Notes: generated from the letters alone by a model not told the origin. Positions 1 through 10,150 are shown, numbered from the stretch's first letter. The stretch is DNA of 64,000 nucleotides from an uncultured delta proteobacterium (GCA_963727445.1 CAVSGI010000009.1:768001-832000); one strand, 5' to 3'. A program made the numbers and translations.

Positions 1-15
1 TGCACCCCCGAGGGC

Positions 16-1485
16 ATGCGCGCTCCCCATCGCGGCGCACTTCGCGCCCCTCTCACGATTCTCCTCGCGCTCGTCGCCTCCTGTGCCTACGGAGGCGACG
101 CGCCGTCGTCTCACGGAGGTAGCACTCCGTCGGTGACCCCGGACCCCACCGTCGACCCACCGGATCCGGTCGAGACGAGCGACGCGGGACCCGCCACGTC
201 GCCCACGCTGACTTCGTGTCCGGCCGATGCCGCGGCGCGCTTCGCGATGGTGATGACCGAGGCGGGGTCGCTCCTCGAGGCCGCAGGCGTGCCGGGCGGT
301 GTGCTCACCGTCGTGTGTGCCGGGCGGCCGGCGCTGGTCGCCGGGCTGGGGACGCGTCGTCAGGGCAGCACCGACGCGGTCACCGCCGACACGCGCTTTC
401 AATGGGCGTCGATGACCAAGATGTTCACCGCCGCGACGGCCCTGTCGCTGGCCGGCGACGGGATGGTCTCGCTCGATGCGCCACTCGCGGACTACCTGCC
501 CCGCACGCACTGGAGCGGGCTCACGCTCGGTCATCTGTTGACGCACACGGGCGGCTTCCCCACCGAATTCGCTCAGAACAGCGCCGACCTCACCACCGTC
601 GTCGACCGCAACGCCAGCATGCAGCTCTGGGCCGAGCCGGGCGCGGTGTGGAACTACAGCAACCCGGGCTACGCGGTGGCGGGGCGCGCCCTCGAGGTCG
701 CCGCGGGCGACGCCTACGCGCAGCTCGTCCGTTCGCGCGTCCTCGATCCGCTCGGCATGACGGCGACGATGGACGTCGCGGAAGTGGAGTCCGGCGAGTT
801 CGCCTACGGCCACACGCGGGATGCGGGTTACTCCGGGCCCATCGGGCCGCGCGATTCGTATTTCGACACCACCTACTACCAGCCCATGGGCGGGCTCTGG
901 GGCAGCGGCAACGACTTCGCCCGCTGGGCGGAGGCGCACATGGGCGACGACGCGTCGCTCCGCGCGATGCACGAGCCACGGGCGCAGACCACCGGGGCCG
1001 ACACGAAGATGGGCTATGGGATGTTCATCGAGACGTCGGAGCCGCGCTGGGTCCATCACGGTGGCTCGGCGCCCGGTTTCGGCGGCGACTTCGACGTCCT
1101 TCCCGATGCCGGATTCGCGGTCGCCGTGGCGGTCAACGCCGACTGGTACGACCCCTCGGAGATCGTCGACGCGGTGATGACGCGCTTCGAGATCACCGTG
1201 GACTGGCAGGAGGACAGCTGGACGCGCGGACCCGAGGCCGCCGACCGCTACGTCGGCGTCTATCAGGCGGTGAGCGAGCTCGGCCGCGTCGAGGTCACCG
1301 CCTCCGGCGGCCGCCTCTACGCCAGCATCGCCGGCGGCGCGCGAAGCGAGCTCAGCTGGGTCTGGGGCGACTCCTTCGAGGTCCCCTTCGGCGGCGACCA
1401 GATCGATCTCAACTTCTGGCGTGACTCCGACGCGGCGTCCGCGAGCTACGTGGTCTCGCTCTGGGGCGTAGCGCGGCGACAGTGA
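16..1485 (+). CDS. Serine hydrolase, beta-lactamase class C/penicillin-binding family, probable lipoprotein
   Basis: SMTK (SxxK), YSN and HGG motifs; hydrophobic N-terminus with a VASC lipobox followed by a Pro/Thr/Asp linker. Confidence 0.88.
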   Translation: MRAPHRGALRAPLTILLALVASCAYGGDAPSSHGGSTPSVTPDPTVDPPDPVETSDAGPATSPTLTSCPADAAARFAMVMTEAGSLLEAAGVPGGVLTVVCAGRPALVAGLGTRRQGSTDAVTADTRFQWASMTKMFTAATALSLAGDGMVSLDAPLADYLPRTHWSGLTLGHLLTHTGGFPTEFAQNSADLTTVVDRNASMQLWAEPGAVWNYSNPGYAVAGRALEVAAGDAYAQLVRSRVLDPLGMTATMDVAEVESGEFAYGHTRDAGYSGPIGPRDSYFDTTYYQPMGGLWGSGNDFARWAEAHMGDDASLRAMHEPRAQTTGADTKMGYGMFIETSEPRWVHHGGSAPGFGGDFDVLPDAGFAVAVAVNADWYDPSEIVDAVMTRFEITVDWQEDSWTRGPEAADRYVGVYQAVSELGRVEVTASGGRLYASIAGGARSELSWVWGDSFEVPFGGDQIDLNFWRDSDAASASYVVSLWGVARRQ

Positions 1486-1539
1486 GCTTTGTGCCTGACG
1501 CCCGTCGCGATCTCCCCTTCCACCTCATTGGACCAGGCA

Positions 1540-2502
1540 CTAGCGGTGTTCGAGCGCGATGGCGAGCTCTTCGGGGCGTCCCCACTCGCGCGCGAGATCG
1601 GCTGCGGTCTTCCCTTCGAGGTCCCTGAGCGAAGGGTCGAGGCCGGCGGCGAGCAGCGGTGCCATGAGCGCCCGCGCTACGTGCGGATCGAAGCCGTAGG
1701 CGAGGTGGTGCAGCACGGTGCGGCCCTCTTCGGTTCTCGCGTTCGGATCGGCGCCCGCGTCACAGAGAACCTCCATCAGCGCGGCGCGCTCGCTCAGATC
1801 CTGACAACTCCCCGACGGGATGACGAAGACCAGCGGCCCCCGACCCAACGCGTCTTGCTGATTGGGATCGGCGCCCCGGCGCAAGAGAAGCTCGACCAGA
1901 GGTCGGTTCATGCTCGAGCAGGCCACGGTCAGAGGCGTGTCTCCATATCGCTCCGCGGACGCGTCGGGATCGACGCCGCGATCGAGGAGCTCTTCGACCC
2001 GCTCGAACCGACCCCTCCGCGCCGCGGCGAAGAGCAGCTTCGCGCCGTCCAGCGGGCGCAGCTCGACTCCGGCGGCGTTCAAGTGATCGAGGAGCGCGTC
2101 GCAAGCCGGATCCGCACGATACGCCTCTTGGGTGCTCAGCTCCGCCTGGTAGAGCAGGTTCGGAAGATCGGCCGCCTCCCCCAGGTCGACCGCGAGGTCT
2201 CGATGCAGAGCGACAATCTCCTCGGGCTCACCGCCGTCGATCAGGAGGTCGATCTGGCCACTGGCGATGGTGAACCAGACCTCGAGCCTTCCCTCCGCCC
2301 GGGAACGCCAGAGCCATTTCACGCTCTTGGCCGAAGCCGACCACATCCCGTGGTCGGGCGGCGAGGTCGACACGTCGACCTGGAGGTCGAACCGCGCCTC
2401 GGGGCTCGTCGCATGGCGCTCGAGGATCTCGACGATGCGCTTCAGCAGCGCTTCGGCGTCTGCCGGGTCCGGGGGGGCGTCGATGGGGAAATGCAGGTAC
2501 AT
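1540..2502 (-). CDS. Ankyrin-repeat protein with unrecognised N-terminal domain
   Basis: GDTPLTVAC, LLRRGADPN, GADPNAR and GRTVLHHL ankyrin-like repeats in the C-terminal half. Confidence 0.8.
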   Translation of the reverse strand: MYLHFPIDAPPDPADAEALLKRIVEILERHATSPEARFDLQVDVSTSPPDHGMWSASAKSVKWLWRSRAEGRLEVWFTIASGQIDLLIDGGEPEEIVALHRDLAVDLGEAADLPNLLYQAELSTQEAYRADPACDALLDHLNAAGVELRPLDGAKLLFAAARRGRFERVEELLDRGVDPDASAERYGDTPLTVACSSMNRPLVELLLRRGADPNQQDALGRGPLVFVIPSGSCQDLSERAALMEVLCDAGADPNARTEEGRTVLHHLAYGFDPHVARALMAPLLAAGLDPSLRDLEGKTAADLAREWGRPEELAIALEHR

Positions 2503-2645
2503 GAGAGTCGATCGCTTCGGGCGATGCTCTCATGGCGCGGCGACTCGTCCCCGCCTTGGCCGACCTCCTGCGCGAGATGTGATCCATCATCCCACCTCGC
2601 TCGTAGAGCCTCCGCAAGCGGCGGAATCGCCGCAGGAGGCACCCG

Positions 2646-3656
2646 GTGGATCGCTCGACTCTTCTCACCCCGCTGATCGCAACTCTCTTCGTCATCTCCA
2701 CGGGTTGTGCCGTGGGCGGACCCAGTGGTTCCGAGCGGGTCAGCGGCTCTGGGAAGACGGACGCCGCCTCGGAAGGGCTGGGCGCCATCGACCCGACCCT
2801 CCTTCCCTTTCCTCTGGTCACGGACCTCCGCCGGACGCCCGAGTTGGTCTCCGCGGCGGTCGGGAGCGGCAGCTCCATCGGGGCCGACAATGCCGTTTAC
2901 CGACTGGCGGAGATGGACTGCAGCGGCATCTGCGAGGACGACCCGGCGTCCTGCGAGCCTTGCCGCGCTGGGGGATTCATGGTGCCCAGCGGGGCCGCAC
3001 ACCCGCTGCCCACGGGTATCGTCGGCTACGTGGCTCTCGATGCGAGCGCGTCGGCTCCTTTCGGTGAAGAGATGGCCGACCCCGCCGACCCCGAGACCGC
3101 GCGCGACGAACAGATGCTCTTCCTCATCGACCAGGACACTTTTCAGGCGCTGTCCCTCGAGATGCCGACCCCGACCGGCGCGAACGAAGTCGTCGACGTC
3201 TTTCGCCGCATCGTCGTCCGCAGCGACAACGAGCTCGAGCTCGTCTCCCGCAACCCCGCCGACCCCGACGGTCCCCTCCTCACCCGCATCCTCGAGGTTC
3301 CCGTCGCGCAGTACGCCGTTCTCGTGGGCCCTCCGGCCGACTTCTCCATTCCGGCCCCTGGCGCCGACAGCTCCTATCGCTACGAGCTCGCCACGACCTG
3401 CATCGTCCCGGCCGCGGAGCTCGAGGACTACGACCCGAGCGCCGCGCCTTCCGACGTCGATCCGACGGCGAGCTGCTGGACCGTTCAGAACCGCCCGGTC
3501 GCGGTGAGCCCGCCCGCGCCCTGGCCGAGCATCGGACCGATCATGAACGAGGGGCTCTCGTTGTTCGCATACCCGCCGACCTCTTTGCGCAGCGTCAGTC
3601 CGAGGATCAGCATCGTGATGCCCGCGGCCTGGAGCAGACCGTCGACCAGGAGGTAA
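2646..3656 (+). CDS. Hypothetical lipoprotein; true stop probably near 3480
   Basis: GGAGG RBS before GTG; hydrophobic signal with ISTGC lipobox; last about 58 codons overlap the opposite-strand gene, and removing one G at 3478-3479 gives TGA. Confidence 0.6.
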   Translation: MDRSTLLTPLIATLFVISTGCAVGGPSGSERVSGSGKTDAASEGLGAIDPTLLPFPLVTDLRRTPELVSAAVGSGSSIGADNAVYRLAEMDCSGICEDDPASCEPCRAGGFMVPSGAAHPLPTGIVGYVALDASASAPFGEEMADPADPETARDEQMLFLIDQDTFQALSLEMPTPTGANEVVDVFRRIVVRSDNELELVSRNPADPDGPLLTRILEVPVAQYAVLVGPPADFSIPAPGADSSYRYELATTCIVPAAELEDYDPSAAPSDVDPTASCWTVQNRPVAVSPPAPWPSIGPIMNEGLSLFAYPPTSLRSVSPRISIVMPAAWSRPSTRR

Positions 3657-4132
3657 GTCGCCCACGAGTCTTCGAAGGGAGCGGTGGGCTTGATGGCGAG
3701 CTGGATCCACGGGCCCGCGAGCGGGATGGCGCCCATGATGCGGAAGTCGTTCCACTGCGGGTCGTCACCGTAGTCGATGCTCCAGCCAGCGAAGGGGCTC
3801 ACCAGCGCAGCGTGGATGATCCAGCTGACGCCGAAGAGCACGGCACCCGAGATGACGAGGCCGATGCGTGGGCGCGACTCGGGCTCGGAGGTCGGCGCGA
3901 GCTGTTGCTGTTGCACCGATCCCTGATCGACGACGACCACCTGCTGCACCGGCGGGTTCTGCTGCACCGGGACGGTGCCCTGCTGCTGCGGGGCCGTCTG
4001 CTGGACCGGGGCTGTGTTCTGCTGGGGCGCCGGTGGAACCTCGTCCTGCCCGGTGCCCTGCGTCTGTGCCGCCGCTAACCCCGGCGCGAGTGCCATCAAC
4101 GTCGCGATCGTGGCGACGAAAAGCTGCTTCAT
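3485..4132 (-). CDS. Hypothetical secreted/membrane protein with Gln/Pro-rich linker
   Basis: ATG at 4132 with GGAGGT RBS (MKQLFVATIATLMALAPGLAAAQ); hydrophobic helices; C-terminal GGLTATGRF. The upstream part of track ORF 3485..5764 is a shadow of the MFS gene. Confidence 0.75.
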   Translation of the reverse strand: MKQLFVATIATLMALAPGLAAAQTQGTGQDEVPPAPQQNTAPVQQTAPQQQGTVPVQQNPPVQQVVVVDQGSVQQQQLAPTSEPESRPRIGLVISGAVLFGVSWIIHAALVSPFAGWSIDYGDDPQWNDFRIMGAIPLAGPWIQLAIKPTAPFEDSWATYLLVDGLLQAAGITMLILGLTLRKEVGGYANNESPSFMIGPMLGQGAGGLTATGRF

Positions 4133-4257
4133 GTCCACCTCCGCCTCGGGTGTAGAGCAATGAGCCTGCCAGATGGAAATTACTGGCCTATTCCGCTCCC
4201 CTGACGGCCAAGTGTAGCCGAGAGTCCACGGTGTGGTGTGGCGCACACCGAGGCGGC

Positions 4258-5751
4258 TCAGGCTTCGTCGGAGGCCTCGGCCGAGACCACCGGGACCTTC
4301 TTCGGCTGCGGCTTGGCGTTCCAGACGCGGCTCGCGAGCACCAGGCCGATGATGGCGATTGGGATCATCGAGACCGGCCAGGGCAGCCAGTTGGCCGGGT
4401 CGGTGGTGGCGCCGGTGATCTGACCCGACTCCGAGAGCTCCTCCGTGGGGAGGATCATCGCGTAGGTGATCGACATGAACGCGGTGCCGCCGTAGACGAA
4501 GCCGTCGATGATGCCCACCGCGATCCCGACGTTGCGCTTGCCGCCGAAGTCCATGCTGGCGGTACCGCTCAACATGCCGTGGACACCGATCACCGCCATG
4601 GTCATGAAGATGACCAGCCAGCCGACGATGGGCGTCTCGTAGGCGAAGGTGAGGACGACCGCGCTGACCGCCATGAAGGCGTAGAGGATCCCCGCCACTG
4701 GGCCACGCCGACTCGAGAAGACCCGATCGGAGATGATGCCCGCGACGGTGCCGCCCATGATGCCGGCGACGCAGAGGAGCAGGCCCCAGTGCTCGTAGAC
4801 GAAGCTCTCCTTGAGGCCGAGCGTCGCGTCGGTGTGCTTCGCGTAGGTGCGGAACCACTGCATGATCGCCTGGCGCAAGAAGCCGCTGCAGAACTCGATG
4901 GCCGCGATCGTCATGATGATCGGGTTGGTGAGCATCAGCTTGAAGACGGCGACCGCACCGAGCTGAGGGCCGTCGTCGCCCGAGGACGCATCGGCGGTGT
5001 CGAAGTCGCTCAGGCCCGCGTCGCCCGGGGTGTTCTTCACGACGAAGAAGCTGATGATGACGAAGAGGGTCAACATTCCGGCGGGGATGACGAAGAGCGC
5101 GGTGAGGCCGATGTGTTCGAGGATCTTGTAGCCGAGGTCGAAGGCGAAATAGATGCCCAGGCTGATCAGGATCCCGAAGATGGCCCCGAAGACGCCGCGC
5201 TCGCGGACGTGGAACCACGGCGCGTTGACCTTGACGATGGCCGTCGCACCAAAGCTCTGGAAGTACATGTTGACGGCGTAGAGCGCCGAGTAGATCGAGA
5301 CGAAGTGGGCGGCGAAGACGTCGTGGCCCGGCCCCTGGGTCTGGAGCGACCACGCGCCGAACCCCATGATGGCGTTCATGATCGCAGCGCCGGTCGCGCC
5401 GATGAGGATCATCCGACGGCCGCCGTAGCGATCCGTCAGCGGCCCGTTCACCAGGAACGAGAACGCGTAGACGATGGTGCCGGCGGCGAAGATCCCCGCG
5501 AACTCGGCGTTGCCCATGAGCGAGCCACCGGCCGCGTTGGGCATCTCCTCGAAGGCGTGCTGGCTGACCTTGATGTTGTAGCGCCCCATGTAGAGGAACG
5601 CGTAGGTGAGCCCGAGGGGCAGCCAGTTCATCGCGCGCCGGTGCCGGAACGCGTCGCTGTGCCCCAGGTCGATCTTCGGCAGCCGCCAGACGACGAGCCC
5701 GATGACCGCCAAGAGGAGGAGAATCGCCAGATACTCGCCGTAGGCTTCCAT
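4258..5751 (-). CDS. MFS transporter, GlpT/UhpT (organophosphate:Pi antiporter)-like
   Basis: YAFLYMGRYN, GPLTDRYGGR, WFHVRERG and GIISDRVFSSRRGP match GlpT-type MFS motifs; many TM segments. Confidence 0.8.
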   Translation of the reverse strand: MEAYGEYLAILLLLAVIGLVVWRLPKIDLGHSDAFRHRRAMNWLPLGLTYAFLYMGRYNIKVSQHAFEEMPNAAGGSLMGNAEFAGIFAAGTIVYAFSFLVNGPLTDRYGGRRMILIGATGAAIMNAIMGFGAWSLQTQGPGHDVFAAHFVSIYSALYAVNMYFQSFGATAIVKVNAPWFHVRERGVFGAIFGILISLGIYFAFDLGYKILEHIGLTALFVIPAGMLTLFVIISFFVVKNTPGDAGLSDFDTADASSGDDGPQLGAVAVFKLMLTNPIIMTIAAIEFCSGFLRQAIMQWFRTYAKHTDATLGLKESFVYEHWGLLLCVAGIMGGTVAGIISDRVFSSRRGPVAGILYAFMAVSAVVLTFAYETPIVGWLVIFMTMAVIGVHGMLSGTASMDFGGKRNVGIAVGIIDGFVYGGTAFMSITYAMILPTEELSESGQITGATTDPANWLPWPVSMIPIAIIGLVLASRVWNAKPQPKKVPVVSAEASDEA

Positions 5752-5804
5752 CGCGGGCGCGCACCTTTGCACGCCCGCGGCCGGATGTCAGGCGAAGTTC
5801 TGTG

Positions 5805-6205
5805 GGGTTGGTTTTGGTGAGGGGGCTTTCGCCCCCTCCACGCTCCCCTCGGGGACTGCGTCCCCGCGGCCGACAGAAGAGATGCGCGACGAGCGGGGCG
5901 GCGATACCGCCGCCCCGGGTAGATCTGCGGGTGCTGTCGGCCTCCCCTGCACGGCGCCTGCGGCGCCGGGTCGCGGCCTTGGCCGACGACGGCGCGCGAC
6001 GAGATGCGCGAGACGAGGGTTGGTTCTGGTGAGGGGGCTTTCGCCCCCTCCACGCTCCCCTCGGGGACTGCGTCCCCGCGGCCGACAGAAGAGATGCGCG
6101 ACGAGCGGGGCGGCGATACCGCCGCCCCGGGTAGATCTGCGTGTGCTGTCGGCCTCCCCTGCACGGCGCCTGCGGCGCCGGGTCGCGGCCTTTGGCCGAC
6201 GACGG
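5805..6205. repeat. Two direct copies (about 188 bp, period 212 bp) of a palindrome-rich intergenic element, REP/BIME-like
   Basis: Copies at 5805-5992 and 6017-6205 differ at three positions; each has four short hairpins and an enclosing GGCCGACAG/CTGTCGGCC stem. Confidence 0.92.
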
Positions 6206-6236
6206 GCGGAAGGGGGAAGCTGGATGCCGTTTCGGG

Positions 6237-8450
6237 CTAGTGAAACCGCTGGTTGTGTTCGGCCTTGTCCACGAGGAGGGGGGCGGGGGTGAAGCGCGCG
6301 CCGTGGCGGCTCTCGAGGCCTCGGAGCTTGTCGAGGAGGGCCTTCGCGCCGACGGTGTCGGCGTAGCGGAAGGGGCCGCCGCGGAAGGGCGGGAAGCCCA
6401 GGCCGAAGATGGCGCCGATGTCGCCGTCGCGCGGGCTGCGCAGGATGCCTTCGCCGAGACAGCGGATCGCTTCGTTCACCATCTGCAGCGTGCAGCGCTC
6501 GGCGATCTCCGCCGCCGGCATGTTGTTCGTCGGGTCGACGCCCAGGACGCCGTAGACGGTCGGGTCGACCTCGCGCTCGCCCTTCTTGCTCTGACCGTAG
6601 AGGTAGAAGCCGCGGCCGTTCTTTCGACCCTTGCGGTCGTCAGCGACCAGCTTCTCCATCCCCGCCGGCGGGATCATCCGGTCACCGAACTCGGCGACCA
6701 TGATCTTGCCGACCTTCTGGCCGACGTCGATGCCCACCTCGTCGGTGAGCTTCATCGGGCCGACCGGATAACCGAAGTCCATCAGCGCGTCGTCGATCCG
6801 ATCGACGGCCACGCCTTCCGCCAGGATGTGCGCCGCCTCGTTCATGAAGGGAGCGAGGATCCGCGTGGTGTAGAAGCCGACCCCGTCGCGCACGACGATG
6901 ACTGTCTTGCCCTGCGCCTTGCCCAGCGCCACACAGGTCGCCGTCACCCAGTCCGCCGTCTTTTCGGTGGTGATGATCTCGAGGAGCGGCATCTTCTCGA
7001 CGGGCGAGAAGTAGTGCATGCCGATCACCGTCTCGGGATGCGCGCTCGCCTCGGCGATCTTGGTGATCGGCAGAGACGAGGTGTTCGAGGCGAAGATCGC
7101 GTCCTCGCGACACGCCGCCTCCGTGTCCTTCAGCACGCGGTGCTTGAGCTCCAGGTCCTCGAAGACCGCTTCGATCACCACGTCGGCGTCGGCGAAGCCG
7201 TCGTAACCGGTCGTCCCCGTCACCAGCGTCATCTGGCGCTCGGCGTCGATCTTGGTGAGCCGGCGCTTCTTCACCCGCGCGTCGACGATGTCACGCACGT
7301 GCCCCAGGCCCCGCGACACGCCAGCGTCGTCCTTGTCCTTGAGGCGCACCGGCGTCTTGGCGATGGCGCTGGTCACGTAGGCGATCCCGCCGCCCATCAG
7401 CCCTGCGCCGAGCATGCCCACCTTGTGAACCGGGCGCGCCTCCACCTTCGGATCGTCGACGCCAGTGTCCTTCTTGAGCGCGGTGGTGGCGAAGAAGATG
7501 CTCCTCAGGCACGCGGACTCGGGGCTCACCACCAGCTCGCCGAAGCGCTCCCGCTCGGCCTTCAGCCCGGCCTCGAATCCGTCCGAGAGGCCGATGCGCA
7601 CCACCTCCAGGATCCGCTCGGGCGCCGGATAGTTCCCGCGCGTCTTCTTCTGCAGCTGCTTGTTCGCCTGGTCGAAGAGGACCTTGCGGCCGAGCGGGTT
7701 CTCGGTGAGCGCCAGCTCCTGGAGCTCCTCGGCGTCGAGGAGGTCGCTCGGCTCGAGCTTGTCGCGATCGGGCGCGCCCGCGTCGGCGAGCTTCGTCGCG
7801 GTCTCCACCGCGACCTCGAGGAGGATCGCTTCGGGCACCACCTCGTCGACCAGGCCCATGCGCTTCGCGCGGGCGGCGTCGATCTGCTTGCCGGTGAGCA
7901 TCAGGTCGAGGGCCTTCTGCACGCCGATCAGGTGCGGCAGGCGTTGGGTGCCGCCGGCCGCCGGCAACAGGCCCAGCTGCACCTCCGGCACACCGAGCTT
8001 CGTCTTGCGGTGGTCCGTGGCGATGCGCGCGTGGCAGGCGAGCGCAACCTCGAGCCCGCCGCCGAGGCAGGGCCCGTGGATCGCCGCGACCACCGGCTTT
8101 TCCAGCTTCTCCACGCGATTGAGCGCGTCCTGTCCCGCCTTCGACAGGGCGGTCGCGTCGGCGGCGGTCTTCGCGTCGTCGAGCATCTGGATGTTCGCGC
8201 CGGCGATGAAGCTGTCCTTCTTGCCCGACGCCATGACGATGGCGCGCACGTCCGAGGCCCGCTCGAGCTCCGAGAAGATCTCGTTGAACTCCTCGGCGAA
8301 GCCCGCCTGCAGCGTGTTCATCGTCTCGCCTGGGACGTCCATCAGGACGACCGCGACGCCGTCCCCGTGACGCTCCACGCGGAACGTCTTCTCGCCAGCG
8401 CCATTGCTCTTCTTCGTGTCGTCTTTGGTCGTGGTCGTGGTCGTCGTCAT
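6237..8450 (-). CDS. fadJ: Fatty acid oxidation complex subunit alpha (enoyl-CoA hydratase/3-hydroxyacyl-CoA dehydrogenase)
   Basis: FIAGANI, GPCLGGGLE, PEVQLGLLP, GAGLMGGGIA, SNTSSLP, GMHYFSPVEKMPLLE, GFPPFRGGP; TGATG coupling to the thiolase gene. Confidence 0.93.
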   Translation of the reverse strand: MTTTTTTTKDDTKKSNGAGEKTFRVERHGDGVAVVLMDVPGETMNTLQAGFAEEFNEIFSELERASDVRAIVMASGKKDSFIAGANIQMLDDAKTAADATALSKAGQDALNRVEKLEKPVVAAIHGPCLGGGLEVALACHARIATDHRKTKLGVPEVQLGLLPAAGGTQRLPHLIGVQKALDLMLTGKQIDAARAKRMGLVDEVVPEAILLEVAVETATKLADAGAPDRDKLEPSDLLDAEELQELALTENPLGRKVLFDQANKQLQKKTRGNYPAPERILEVVRIGLSDGFEAGLKAERERFGELVVSPESACLRSIFFATTALKKDTGVDDPKVEARPVHKVGMLGAGLMGGGIAYVTSAIAKTPVRLKDKDDAGVSRGLGHVRDIVDARVKKRRLTKIDAERQMTLVTGTTGYDGFADADVVIEAVFEDLELKHRVLKDTEAACREDAIFASNTSSLPITKIAEASAHPETVIGMHYFSPVEKMPLLEIITTEKTADWVTATCVALGKAQGKTVIVVRDGVGFYTTRILAPFMNEAAHILAEGVAVDRIDDALMDFGYPVGPMKLTDEVGIDVGQKVGKIMVAEFGDRMIPPAGMEKLVADDRKGRKNGRGFYLYGQSKKGEREVDPTVYGVLGVDPTNNMPAAEIAERCTLQMVNEAIRCLGEGILRSPRDGDIGAIFGLGFPPFRGGPFRYADTVGAKALLDKLRGLESRHGARFTPAPLLVDKAEHNQRFH

Positions 8451-9748
8451 CACGCCGCCTCCAGGATGATCGCCGCGCCGAGGCCGCCGGCCGCGCACGC
8501 CGCGCAGAGCGCGAGCTCGCCGTCCCGGCGCCTGAGCTCGCGGAGCGTCTGAGTGATCTGCCGCGCGCCGGTCGCTGCAAAGGGATGACCGATGGCGATG
8601 GAGCCGCCGGTCACGTTGAACTTGTCCCACTCGACGGCGCCGATGGCCTCACCGCGGCCGAGGTGCTCCTCGGCCCAGGCCTTGCTCTCGAAGGCCTGGG
8701 TGTTCGACAGGATCTGCGCCGCGAAGGCCTCGTGCATGTCGATCAGGTCCATGTCGGAGAGCTTCAGCTTCGCCGCGTCGAGCGCCTTGGGCGTCGCGTA
8801 GCTCGGGCCCATCAGCATCTGACCCCGCGGGTCGAGCGCCGCGAAGGCGTAGCTGCGAACGAAGCCGAGGGGCTCGAGGCCGAGGGCCTTGGCCTTGTCT
8901 TCCCGCATCATCAACAGCGCCGAGGCGCCGTCGGTGAGGGGCGAGCTGTTGCCGGCGGTGATGGTGCCGTGCTTCTTGTCGAAGGCCGGCCGGAGCTTGG
9001 CGTAGGCCTCGAACTCCGAGTCTTCGCGCACCAGGTTGTCGCGGTGGATCGAGTCCGAATATCGCGGCGGCACGTACACCGTCATCACTTCGTCGTCGAA
9101 GCGCCCATCGGCCCAGGCCTTGGCGGCGAGGCTGTGGCTGCGATGCGCGAACTCGTCCTGCGCCGCGCGGGCGATGTGGTTCTCCTTCGCCATCTTCTCG
9201 GCGGACTCGCCCATGGTCAGGCCCGTCGACATCTCCTTGAGGGCCGGCGGCACCGGCACGAGATCGCGCGGCTTGAGCTTCTTGAACGCGGCGATGCGAT
9301 CGCCGAGGGTGCGCGCGCGGCTCGCCTCGACCAGCGCGGCGGCGAGCTTCTTGGACACGGCGATGGGCACGTCCGAGGCGCTGTCGGCGCCTCCGGCGAT
9401 GCCGCACGCGATCGCGCCCGCGCCGATGGCCTCGGCCACGTTCACCGCCGACTGATAGCTGGTGGCACACGCGCGCGAGACGCTGTAGGCGTCGATGTCC
9501 TGCGGCAGTCCGGTCGCGAGGACGATCTCCCGCGCGATGTTCGGACCGGTCAGGGACGGAACCACCTGCCCGTAGACCACACGCTCGATCTCGTGCGGGT
9601 CGATGCCCGCCCGCTGGACCAGCTCGTTCACCACCGCCTTGCCCAGATCGAGCGCGGACAGATCCCGATACGCCGTCCCCTGCTTCGCGAAGGGCGTCCG
9701 AAGCCCCCGAACGATCGCGACGCGCTTACCCTTCTTCGTCTTGGCCAT
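8450..9748 (-). CDS. fadI: 3-ketoacyl-CoA thiolase
   Basis: [56 protein letters not shown]. Confidence 0.93.
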   Translation of the reverse strand: MAKTKKGKRVAIVRGLRTPFAKQGTAYRDLSALDLGKAVVNELVQRAGIDPHEIERVVYGQVVPSLTGPNIAREIVLATGLPQDIDAYSVSRACATSYQSAVNVAEAIGAGAIACGIAGGADSASDVPIAVSKKLAAALVEASRARTLGDRIAAFKKLKPRDLVPVPPALKEMSTGLTMGESAEKMAKENHIARAAQDEFAHRSHSLAAKAWADGRFDDEVMTVYVPPRYSDSIHRDNLVREDSEFEAYAKLRPAFDKKHGTITAGNSSPLTDGASALLMMREDKAKALGLEPLGFVRSYAFAALDPRGQMLMGPSYATPKALDAAKLKLSDMDLIDMHEAFAAQILSNTQAFESKAWAEEHLGRGEAIGAVEWDKFNVTGGSIAIGHPFAATGARQITQTLRELRRRDGELALCAACAAGGLGAAIILEAA

Positions 9749-9813
9749 CTCGCCTCCTGACGAGGGGGCTCCTAGCCCCCGAAACCCCCCGTGCGAGCCA
9801 CGATCTGGGTTCT

Positions 9814-9830
9814 TTGACGCGGTGTGTCAA
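9814..9830. promoter_or_regulatory. Palindrome TTGAC-N7-GTCAA upstream of fadIJ, overlapping a TTGACA -35-like hexamer
   Basis: TTGACGCGGTGTGTCAA about 65 bp upstream of the fadI start. Confidence 0.4.
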
Positions 9831-10150
9831 GCCCCGGTGACGGCGCCCGGGGTGGCTGCCGTTCGCGCCCGCGAAAGGACGAGGAAACCCGCCGCCACCA
9901 GGATCATACCCACGAGGTCCCCCATGCTGCTGAGAACCGAGGCCATCTGGATCATCGCCCCGGGGTCGGGCAGCGCCTCGTCGGCGAGGATGGTCACCGA
10001 AACGCAGCAGGCCGAGAGCGGGATGAGCGCGCCCGCGGCGGCGAATAGCCAACCCGCTGCGGCCGATCGCGCTCGCGCCTTGGTGAGCCCCAACCCGAGG
10101 AGGATGCCTCCCCCCACGAGGGAGACGAGAAGATGCATCCAGGCGATCAC
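9827..10150 (-). CDS. Small membrane protein (about 3 TM, CC motif)
   Basis: Three hydrophobic segments; GTGA overlap with the upstream gene; GGAGG RBS. Confidence 0.7.
   Translation of the reverse strand: MIAWMHLLVSLVGGGILLGLGLTKARARSAAAGWLFAAAGALIPLSACCVSVTILADEALPDPGAMIQMASVLSSMGDLVGMILVAAGFLVLSRARTAATPGAVTGA

Noticed and set aside
5628..6292. ORFs over the 212-bp repeat
   Set aside because: Low-complexity translations of palindromic DNA with no protein motifs
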